This document shows, in pieces, positions 1-6,508 of a DNA stretch of 16,768 nucleotides. The DNA comes from Armatimonadota bacterium (lineage in GTDB: Bacteria > Armatimonadota > SYMT01). Position 1 is the first letter of the stretch. Each line of letters opens with the position of its first letter. The position numbers were made by a program, and so were the translations under genes. The DNA is taken from assembly GCA_046292385.1 (NCBI GenBank), contig JBKBRF010000080.1:1-16768 (forward strand), written 5' to 3'. The notes under the pieces were generated by a model, which ran no database searches, was not told where the DNA came from, and worked only from the letters and a program-made list of their open reading frames with translations.

Positions 1-397
1 TGGGCAGCACCACGCGCGCCAGGCCGGCCTGACGCACCTGGTCCATCACTTCCATCACGCGGGAGTAGACAACGTCCCGGTCGCCCTTCACGAGCACCCG
101 CGCCTGCTTGTTCTTGCCGGCGACCTGCTTCAGGTGCGCCTGCAGCTCCGCGGCGGTGCGCTTCTCGCCGTCCAGGTAGACGCCGCCGTCCGCGGTGATG
201 GCGACGGTAACGTCCTTCGGCGTCTCCGGCGCGCCCTCGCGGGTCACCGTCTGCGGCAGCTTCAGGTTCACGCCCGGCTGCTTGATGAAGACGGTGCTCA
301 CCATCAGGATGATCACCAGCGTCAGCGCGATGTCGATCAGCGGGATCAGGTTCATCTCCGCCATCGGCTCGTCTTCGTGGGAAAGGCCGCCGTGCAT
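1..397 (-). CDS. exbD: ExbD/TolR family biopolymer transport protein (3' end runs off the window; absent from the ORF track)
   Basis: Manual translation from ATG at 397: MHGGLSHEDEPMAEMNLIPLIDIALTLVIILMVSTVFIKQPGVNLKLPQT...VLVKGDRDVVYSRVMEVMDQVRQAGLARVVLP. It has the ExbD signature N(L/M)xPxxD followed by a TM helix with the conserved Asp, and the C-terminal xxGDxxxxYxxVxxVMDxxxxAG motif. It starts 2 nt after the exbB stop. Confidence 0.95.
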   Translation of the reverse strand, partial: MHGGLSHEDEPMAEMNLIPLIDIALTLVIILMVSTVFIKQPGVNLKLPQTVTREGAPETPKDVTVAITADGGVYLDGEKRTAAELQAHLKQVAGKNKQARVLVKGDRDVVYSRVMEVMDQVRQAGLARVVLP

Positions 398-399
398 CG

Positions 400-1017
400 C
401 TACGCCTCCGTCTGCTCGCGCGGCGCCTGGTGGAGGAGCGGGGTCAGCCGCGCCACGTGGCCCTGGATCTGGAGCAGCAGCCCCTGGACCCGGCCGAGGA
501 AGTAGTTGTAGGCGATCACGGCGGGCACCGCGACGAGCAGGCCGAGGGCGGTCGCGGAGAGCGCCTCGGAGATGCCCGCCGCCATCGTCTCGCCGCTCAG
601 GCCGCTCTGGCTCATCCCCTGGAAGGCGGTCATCACGCCGAGCACCGTCCCGAAGAGGCCGATGAACGGGGAGATGCTTCCGATCGTGGCGAGCGTGCCG
701 AGGTAGCGCCGCAGCCGGAGGCGCTGCACCGCCACCGCGATCTCCGCGCCCTGCTGGATCGCCTCCAGCTCCGCGCCGCGGAACTCCCGCAGCGAGTCCA
801 TGACCTGCGAGATCGGCGCGGAAGCGATGGCGGCGTCCCGCGCGGCGGCGTCGTCACCCTTCTCCATCGCGAGCTGCAGGATCATGAACGCCCGCTCTTC
901 GAGCTGCCGCAGGCGCATCAGGGTGATCGCCCGCTCCAGCATCACCGCCACCGCCAGGATGGAGCAGAGCCCCAGCGGAAATGCGACCCATCCAGCCTTG
1001 GTGAACAACTCAAGCAT
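400..1017 (-). CDS. exbB: MotA/TolQ/ExbB proton channel family protein (205 aa)
   Basis: Three TM segments, with the motifs LATIGSISPFIGLFGTVLGVMTAF and GISEALSATALGLLVAVPAVIAYN. Start moved from 1041 to the ATG at 1017 (MLELFTKAGW), which has GGGAGA 6 nt upstream. Confidence 0.95.
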   Translation of the reverse strand: MLELFTKAGWVAFPLGLCSILAVAVMLERAITLMRLRQLEERAFMILQLAMEKGDDAAARDAAIASAPISQVMDSLREFRGAELEAIQQGAEIAVAVQRLRLRRYLGTLATIGSISPFIGLFGTVLGVMTAFQGMSQSGLSGETMAAGISEALSATALGLLVAVPAVIAYNYFLGRVQGLLLQIQGHVARLTPLLHQAPREQTEA

Positions 1018-1041
1018 TTCGGATCTCCCGTTTAGGGTCAA

Positions 1042-1162
1042 TTCAGGGTCTAGGGGCTAGGGTTTAGGGGCTAGGGGCCAGGCCATGGGACGGGGTCAGC
1101 TACCTGGATAGCGGGTCCTGAGCTGACCCCTGACCCCTGGCCCCTGGCCCCTGGTCCCTGAA
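1042..1162. repeat. Inverted pair of heptamer tandem-repeat arrays (STRR-like palindromic element)
   Basis: Left arm TTCAGGGTC-TAGGGGC-TAGGGTT-TAGGGGC-TAGGGGC-CAGG (1042-1082). Right arm CTGACCC-CTGACCC-CTGGCCC-CTGGCCC-CTGGTCC-CTGAA (1123-1162). The ends TTCAGGG/CCCTGAA are perfect inverted repeats. An inner 10-bp inverted repeat GGGGTCAGCT (1092-1101) / AGCTGACCCC (1121-1130) is also present. Confidence 0.9.
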
Positions 1163-1165
1163 CAA

Positions 1166-3385
1166 CTACTTGACCGCTTTGAGGGCGGCGAGGCGGAGGC
1201 GGGCGTTGGCGGCCCGCTCGTGCTTGGGGAACTCCGTGATTAGGCGCGTGAGGCGCTGGATCGCCGGCTCCTTCTTACCGGCTTTCTCGTAGGCGGCTCC
1301 GGCCCAGTAGAGCGCTTCCGGGAGGTAGGGGCCGGCCGACTTCTCCTTGATGACTCGCTCCCACTCCGCGGCGGCTTCGGGGTAGCGCTCCAGGTTGTAG
1401 AGCGCGCTGCCGAGCTTGAACCGGGCTTCCGGAGCGAGCGGGCTCTGCGGGTGCGCGGACAGCAGCGCGGCGTAGCGGGTCCGCGCCTCTTCGAGCTTCT
1501 CCGCCTGCAGGCTCGCGTCACCCAGTCGAAGCAGCGCCTCCGCGCCGTGAGGACTCCGCGGGTGCTCCGCGGCCAGGCGCTCCCAGAGCGGCAGCGCTTC
1601 GGCGGCGCGGTCCTGCTTGCCGTAGATCCACGCCTGGGTGTAGAGGACGGTCGCCACCGTCTCCGCGGACGGCTTCCCCTCCAGCAGCGCGCGGCAGCCC
1701 TCCAGCGCGGCTTCCCACTTCTGCTGGTCGAGCTGCGCCTGCAGCTGCGCCAGGCGCGCCTGGGTCGCGGCCTCGTCGTCCAGCTTCAGCGCCAGCGCCG
1801 CCGCGGCCGACTTCTCCGCGTTCGCGGGCTGCTTCAGCTCCAGGTAGAGCCAGGCGAGGCGGCCGTGCGCGTCGGCGGCCCACTCCGCCCCGGGCGCGGC
1901 GCCCAGCGCCGCGGCGAGCGCCTGCGCGGCGGGAGCGGCCTTCGACTGCGCCTCGTGCGCCAGCCCCAGGAGGTAGCTCGCCTCGCCCGCGACCGCCGGC
2001 TCCGGCTTCGCCTTCAGCAGCTCCGCCAGGGCGGCGCCCGCCTCCGCATAATTCTTGCCCTGGAGGTGGAGCCGGGCCAGCCGCAGCGTGCCGCGGGCTC
2101 GCTCCGCCGGCGGGGCATCCTTGAGCGCCAGCGCGAGCTGGGCCGGGTCCAAGATCGATGCGGTCAGCTCGCCGAGCGCCTTCCGCGCTTCGCCCGCCTC
2201 ATCCGACTGGGGATACGCGGCAATCACCGCGCGATAGGCCTGCGCCGCGGCGTCGGCCTGCTTGGCGGAGAGGAGCGCATCGCCCGCCTTGAGCTGCGAC
2301 TTCGCCGCCAGCTCGTGCTTGGGGTAGCGGGTGACGAGCTGCGTGAAGAGCGGAGCCGCCTCCGCGGGCTTCTCCAGCGCCAGGGCGGCGTTACCGGCCC
2401 AGTAGAGGCCCGCACCGGCGACCGCCGCGTCCGGCGACTTGCTCGCTTCCCGGTAGGCGGCGAGCGCCGGGGCGTACTGCTTCTGTCGATAGCGGCAGTG
2501 ACCGAGCGCGAGGTGAGCCTTCGGGCGCTGGGGATCGGCGGCGGGGAGCCGGGCGAGGCTCGCCTCCAGCCGGGTCGCCGCGGCGGGGTAGTCCTGCAGC
2601 TCCAGGAGCGTGCCGATCAGCCCGTCCTCCGCCGCCCGCTCCAGCCCCGCGCCCTTGGCGGCCGGGTCGTTCAGCAGCGCTTCGTAGCCGGACCGTGCCT
2701 CGCGGTACCGCTTCGCGTCGAAGTCGATCTCCGCCAGCAGCAGCCGCGCCTGCGGACGGTCGGCGCTCTTCGGGAAGCGGTCGACCACCGCGCGGAAGTG
2801 ACCGCGCGCGGCATCGGCCTTGCCCTGCCGCAGGGCCGCGACGCCGGCCCCGAAGTAGGCGCCGTCGGCGAATTCCGCCTTCGGGTAGTCTCGCGTGACC
2901 CGGAGGTAGGCCTCCTCCGCGGGGCCGTACTGTTTCAGCTCCAGCCGCGACTGCCCCAGCCAGTACCAGGCAACCGGCGCCTGCTCCGGGTCGAGCTTGC
3001 CTTTCACCGCCTCTCCGAGCGCCGCGGCGGCCTTCGCGTGCTGCCCGGTGCGGATCGCCGCCTCACCCAGTCCCAGCCGGGCGGCGGTGAGCACGGCAGG
3101 GTCTTTGGAGGCGACCGCCTTCTCGTAGGCGGCGAGCGCCTTCGGATAGTCGCGCAGCTCCGACCGGCACCGGCCGAGCGCCAGCGCCGCGGCTCCCGCT
3201 TTCGCGTGCCTGGCGTGGACGGCGAGGAAGGCGTCGAGCTTCTGCGCCGCTTCCGCGTACCGCTTCGCGTCGAAGAGCGCGGAAGCCGCGGCGAGCTGCT
3301 CCTCCGGGCTCTGGGCCAGCGCCGGCGCGGCGCCCGCGGCCGTCAGCGTCAGTAGAAGGGTGAAGAACAGTCGTAGATGCTGCAT
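1166..3385 (-). CDS. Secreted multi-TPR protein (CpoB/YbgF/BamD-like TPR pairs), 739 aa
   Basis: Sec signal peptide MQHLRLFFTLLLTLTAAGAAPALA|Q. Recurring TPR units such as AWYWLGQSRLELKQYGPAEEAYLRVTRDYPKAEFA and ARFKLGSALYNLERYPEAAAEWERVI run over the whole length. GAGG lies upstream of the ATG. Confidence 0.92.
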   Translation of the reverse strand: MQHLRLFFTLLLTLTAAGAAPALAQSPEEQLAAASALFDAKRYAEAAQKLDAFLAVHARHAKAGAAALALGRCRSELRDYPKALAAYEKAVASKDPAVLTAARLGLGEAAIRTGQHAKAAAALGEAVKGKLDPEQAPVAWYWLGQSRLELKQYGPAEEAYLRVTRDYPKAEFADGAYFGAGVAALRQGKADAARGHFRAVVDRFPKSADRPQARLLLAEIDFDAKRYREARSGYEALLNDPAAKGAGLERAAEDGLIGTLLELQDYPAAATRLEASLARLPAADPQRPKAHLALGHCRYRQKQYAPALAAYREASKSPDAAVAGAGLYWAGNAALALEKPAEAAPLFTQLVTRYPKHELAAKSQLKAGDALLSAKQADAAAQAYRAVIAAYPQSDEAGEARKALGELTASILDPAQLALALKDAPPAERARGTLRLARLHLQGKNYAEAGAALAELLKAKPEPAVAGEASYLLGLAHEAQSKAAPAAQALAAALGAAPGAEWAADAHGRLAWLYLELKQPANAEKSAAAALALKLDDEAATQARLAQLQAQLDQQKWEAALEGCRALLEGKPSAETVATVLYTQAWIYGKQDRAAEALPLWERLAAEHPRSPHGAEALLRLGDASLQAEKLEEARTRYAALLSAHPQSPLAPEARFKLGSALYNLERYPEAAAEWERVIKEKSAGPYLPEALYWAGAAYEKAGKKEPAIQRLTRLITEFPKHERAANARLRLAALKAVK

Positions 3386-3397
3386 ACCGACCTCGTC

Positions 3398-3550
3398 TCA
3401 AAGCCCTCGCAGCAGGTAGTAAGCGATCGCGAGGACCAGGACCGCTCCCGCGAGCACCGCCCCCACCGATCCGAGGGCGAGCAGCCATTCTCGCAGGCTG
3501 AAGTCCGCTTCCGGCGGCTCTCCGCCGCTCGCATCGGGGACTCGCTTCAT
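3398..3550 (-). CDS. Small single-pass membrane protein, 50 aa (absent from the ORF track)
   Basis: ATG at 3550 with AAGGAG 6 nt upstream. Translation: MKRVPDASGGEPPEADFSLREWLLALGSVGAVLAGAVLVLAIAYYLLRGL*. It has an uncharged hydrophobic stretch of about 26 residues and fills the gap between two co-oriented genes. Confidence 0.75.
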   Translation of the reverse strand: MKRVPDASGGEPPEADFSLREWLLALGSVGAVLAGAVLVLAIAYYLLRGL

Positions 3551-3587
3551 AACACGCTCCTTCCGAAGCCCTCGTGACTGGTCCGGG

Positions 3588-5378
3588 CTACGGCGCAGCC
3601 AGCGGCCGCCCCCGTTCTGCCTGGATCTCCTCGGGCCGGGGCGCGGGCACCGACGGCCAGTCCGGCCCCGCTGCCGCGGCCGGCGCCTCGAACGTCACCG
3701 TCACCATCTGCACCGCGGCGCGGCTCTCCCGGGCGATCAACTCCGAAAGCCTTCGGTCCTGCCACGGGGTGCGGCTCTCGGTGTCCGAGACAAGGACCAC
3801 GGAGGTGACGTCCGGCACCGAAAGCGCGCGGCTCATCGCTCCTTCCACGCTGGCACCGTCGCCCTCCGGCAGGCCGGCAAGCCAGGTGTCGAGCTGCGCG
3901 AAGCTCTCCTCGGTGGGGTAAACCGGCTTTGATGAGAGCTGGACCGTCTCCCCGGAGAACGCCACCACGTTGAACCGGTCCTCCGGGGCGAGCGCGCGCG
4001 CCAGCTCCACGATCTCCCGGCGGGCTCCTTCCTGGAACGGCCGCATCGCGGGGGTGCTGTCGAGGACGAAGACGATCACCCGGTCTTCCCGCGGGAGCGC
4101 GTCCCGGGCCTCGCCCTGCCACCCCTCCAGCGCATCCAGCCGAAGCAGGTCCGGCGCGGCGCCCAGCCCTGCGGCCGGAACGCTCACCACCACGGGCGCC
4201 GAGCTCTGCTCGCGTGGTGGAAGGAAGACCCGGGCCACGCGAAACGGCTTCCCGGAGCGGAGTGTCCGCGCCGGCCTCACCGCCGAACGGCGCTGCGCCG
4301 CCCTCGGAGCCGGGGTTCTCGGCGGTGCGGGCGCCTCCCCGACCTGAGCGAGCACCGCTCCGGCGCAGACGGCTGTCAGCCCTGCCGCGGAAACCGCTCC
4401 CAATGCCGCGGAAGGGGCCGACCGCCGCGCGAGGATCCGGCGCACCCGCCGCGTCAGATCGCGGCCGCTCGCGCCGATCGGGCAGAGAGCCGGGTGCCGC
4501 CGGGAACGGTCGACCTCTCGCGCCATCGCCAGCAGGGTGCGGGCGTAGCCCATGTCGGCTTCGCCGCGCGACAGGACGTGCGCGTCACACGCGTCCTCCG
4601 CGGCGACCTCCAGCTCCCGGCGCGCGGCCCACGCGAAAGGGTGCCAGAACAGGAGCGCGCCGCAGATCTCCGCGCCGAGCAGCACCAGCGCGTCCCCCCG
4701 CCGCACGTGCGCCTCTTCGTGGAAGAGGACGTGACGGAGCGTGCGGGGCTCGAGCGTCTCCATCAGCCCCTCCGGCAGCAGGACACAGGGGGCGAGGAAG
4801 CCGGCCACGCACGGCACCGGCACGGCGTCGCTCTCCAGCACGCGCACGTCCGCCAGCGCGCAGCCGCAGGCGTCATACACCCGGTGCCGGTGCACCGGCA
4901 CCGCCCGCCGCACCCAGCCGCGCACGGTGCGTACGCCGGTCCCGAGCCAGACAAGTCGTGCCGCCACCCCCAGCAGCCAGAGCAGCGCCGCCAGCAGACC
5001 GGCGTGACGGACCGCCAACTCCGCGGGGGAGACGCCGTTGGAAGTCCGGCCGCCGGCGGCCGGCCGGTCCAGCTGCGCCCGCGGCCGGAGCTGCTCCCCG
5101 CCGGCCCGCTCGCCGGCGGCTGTGGAGAGCGGAGGAGCGGGGTCGACGCGGTAATGCAGCGGAGCGGTGGCGCCGGCCAGGAGCGGGCAGAGGGCCGAGG
5201 CCGCGAGGGCGGCGGCGAGCACCGCGTGGCGCACGGAGGCGCTCAGGCGCGGCAGCCGGCTGAGGAGCAGGCCCGCGGCGAGCAGGAAGGTCGCCTGCCC
5301 CCCCCAGTTCAGGAACAGGAAGCGGGCCAGCGCCTCCCCGTAGGCAAGCCATGGCTCCAGCGGAACGGGGGCGCTCAT
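3588..5378 (-). CDS. BlaR1/MecR1-like M56 membrane metalloprotease with a C-terminal vWA domain (596 aa)
   Basis: N-terminal TM helices, VPCVAGFLAPCVLLP, zinc motif HEEAH (VLFHEEAHVRRGD), LLFWHPFAW and AAEDACD, then a last TM and a Pro/Arg-rich linker. The vWA core reads VIVFVLDSTPAM...LAPEDRFNVVAFS...VVLVSD. The ATG at 5378 overlaps the blaI stop (ATGA) and has a GGAGG SD. The longer 5726 start in the ORF track is spurious. Confidence 0.92.
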   Translation of the reverse strand: MSAPVPLEPWLAYGEALARFLFLNWGGQATFLLAAGLLLSRLPRLSASVRHAVLAAALAASALCPLLAGATAPLHYRVDPAPPLSTAAGERAGGEQLRPRAQLDRPAAGGRTSNGVSPAELAVRHAGLLAALLWLLGVAARLVWLGTGVRTVRGWVRRAVPVHRHRVYDACGCALADVRVLESDAVPVPCVAGFLAPCVLLPEGLMETLEPRTLRHVLFHEEAHVRRGDALVLLGAEICGALLFWHPFAWAARRELEVAAEDACDAHVLSRGEADMGYARTLLAMAREVDRSRRHPALCPIGASGRDLTRRVRRILARRSAPSAALGAVSAAGLTAVCAGAVLAQVGEAPAPPRTPAPRAAQRRSAVRPARTLRSGKPFRVARVFLPPREQSSAPVVVSVPAAGLGAAPDLLRLDALEGWQGEARDALPREDRVIVFVLDSTPAMRPFQEGARREIVELARALAPEDRFNVVAFSGETVQLSSKPVYPTEESFAQLDTWLAGLPEGDGASVEGAMSRALSVPDVTSVVLVSDTESRTPWQDRRLSELIARESRAAVQMVTVTFEAPAAAAGPDWPSVPAPRPEEIQAERGRPLAAP

Positions 5379-5779
5379 CCGGACCTCCCGTCCGCCGCCT
5401 CGAGCTCGGCCTCGCGCGCTTCGATGAGCTGCTGGATCGACTCCAGCTCCTGCGGATCGAGCGGCGCCGCCTCCAGGAGTCGGGCCACCAATCGATGGGC
5501 GGAGCCGGCGAAGATCCGGGACAACAGCGAGTGGACCGCCCCGGCCTCCACCTCTTCCGAGTCGACCAGCGGACGGTACCGGTACTGGCGGCTCTGCTGG
5601 ACGTGCGAGACGAGGCCGCGCCGCTCCAGCGTGCGGAGCACGTTCAGGACCGTCGTATAAGCCGGGCGGTCCGCCGCGGGAAACGCCTCCAGCACCTCGT
5701 GCACGGTCCCGTCCCCCCGCTCCCACAGGATGCGGAGCACCCGGATCTGCAGGGAGCCGATATCGCCGTAGCTGTCCAT
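5375..5779 (-). CDS. blaI: BlaI/MecI/CopY family transcriptional repressor (134 aa; symbol is family-level only)
   Basis: GSLQIRVLRILWERGDGTVHEV...PAYTTVLNVLRTLERRGLVSH...YRYRPL...IFAGSAHRLVARLL is the family winged-helix pattern. It is translationally coupled to the M56 gene. Start chosen at MDSYG (5779) because the upstream in-frame extension runs through the operator. Confidence 0.93.
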   Translation of the reverse strand: MDSYGDIGSLQIRVLRILWERGDGTVHEVLEAFPAADRPAYTTVLNVLRTLERRGLVSHVQQSRQYRYRPLVDSEEVEAGAVHSLLSRIFAGSAHRLVARLLEAAPLDPQELESIQQLIEAREAELEAADGRSG

Positions 5780-5786
5780 CGAGGTG

Positions 5787-5820
5787 TCTACTAGCCCCCT
5801 AGTACTAGGCCCATAGTGGA
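5787..5820. promoter_or_regulatory. Putative BlaI autoregulatory operator: two abutting ACTA-N6-TAGT dyads
   Basis: ACTAGCCCCCTAGT (5790-5803) is followed directly by ACTAGGCCCATAGT (5804-5817), and the central CCTAGTACTAGG (5798-5809) is a perfect palindrome. The outer arms and spacing match the staphylococcal mec operator dyad ACTACATTTGTAGT. It lies 10 nt upstream of the blaI ATG. Confidence 0.8.
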
Positions 5821-6179
5821 TAGAGGCCTGGAAAAAGCGGCCCATCTGGCCGCGTCTGCCCCTCGAACTTACACCCGTTCGACACCCGGCACCGCGAGAG
5901 AGTTTCGGGTAACCCCGCGCTCTTTTTCGCCATCTGGAGCTAAGTGGGCTGCCGGGACTGCAGAAGCAGCAGGCATGCTGCCGCTGCTCAGCCGATTAGA
6001 CGCAGCACCGGGGCGGAATTGTGTTGCGAATTCGGGAGAATCCGCGGCCGAGATCAGGATGGCGGCAGCCCCGGGGCAAGAGCGAGCCCGGGTCAGCTGA
6101 GCGCTGCGCGGCGCGCTGACGCGGTGGTTCGACCGGCTGCTTCGGATCAGTGGGAGTGGGGGCAAGGGAGAGTGGGTTC

Positions 6180-6221
6180 TAAAGGCTACAGGCTAAAGGC
6201 AGAAGGCTAAAGGCAGAAGTC
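6180..6221 (+). repeat. Heptamer tandem repeat (TAAAGGC/AGAAGGC type) x6
   Basis: TAAAGGC TACAGGC TAAAGGC AGAAGGC TAAAGGC AGAAGTC. Confidence 0.9.
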
Positions 6222-6224
6222 CGA

Positions 6225-6244
6225 ACCCTCCGTGCGCGGAGGGT
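6225..6244. repeat. Perfect 8-bp hairpin (REP-like)
   Basis: ACCCTCCG-TGCG-CGGAGGGT, located between two tandem-repeat arrays. Confidence 0.6.
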
Positions 6245-6287
6245 CCTACTCTTGCTCCTACTCTTGCTCCTACTCTTGCTCCTGCTC
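6245..6287 (+). repeat. 12-mer tandem repeat CCTACTCTTGCT x3 plus a partial copy
   Basis: Exact copies at 6245-6256, 6257-6268 and 6269-6280, followed by CCTGCTC. Confidence 0.95.
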
Positions 6288-6362
6288 GCTGGCGACCGGG
6301 TGTTTCCGGCACGTCTTCGTAGGGATGAGGGATGAAGCCGGGTCTTCCGGAACTGAGCCTGC

Positions 6363-6494
6363 GCAAGGGAGAGTGGGTGAGTGGGAGAGCCGCTCCCACG
6401 GTGCAGGTTCCAGGTTCCGAGCCCCGCCTCCCCGTGTTCCCAACCTGCAACCTGCCAACTTGCTAACCTGCGACAGACGCCTCCCACTCTCCCT
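6363..6494. repeat. Nested inverted-repeat element built from 7-8-mer repeats, just downstream of the DUF1559 gene (possible 3' RNA stem or terminator)
   Basis: AGGGAGAGTGGG (6366-6377) pairs with CCCACTCTCCCT (6483-6494). GCAGGTTCCAGGTT (6403-6416) pairs with AACCTGCAACCTGC (6442-6455) at 13/14. An inner hairpin GTGGGAG-AGCCG-CTCCCAC lies at 6381-6399. No U-tract is present. Confidence 0.75.
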
Positions 6495-6508
6495 CGGACT
6501 GACGGGTG

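Noticed and set aside
1031..1070. TTAGGG telomere-like repeats or eukaryotic contamination
   Set aside because: There are only isolated matches inside a 7-nt-period array embedded in a bacterial operon.
1451..3355. 634-aa plus-strand ORF, and similar long antisense ORFs (4494-5660, 7230-8531, 8643-9860, 11281-12876, 12877-14256, 14157-16664)
   Set aside because: These are shadow frames opposite well-supported genes. They have Arg/Gly/Pro-rich low-information translations with no motifs, as expected from stop-codon scarcity in high-GC DNA.
5379..5726. 116-aa N-terminal extension of the M56 ORF in the ORF track
   Set aside because: It overlaps blaI in another frame. The ATG at 5378 has a GGAGG SD and an ATGA overlap with the blaI stop.
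3588..5779. Beta-lactam resistance locus (true blaR1-blaI-blaZ)
   Set aside because: There is no penicillin-binding sensor domain and no beta-lactamase or PBP gene in the window.
5863..5882. TCGAAC-N8-GTTCGA as a LexA (Cheo) box
   Set aside because: The Gram-positive LexA box is CGAAC-N4-GTTCG. The spacer here is 8 nt and no SOS gene is adjacent.
6149..6495. Possible CRISPR array
   Set aside because: The repeats are 6-16 bp, tandem and lack regular unique spacers, and there are no cas genes in the window.
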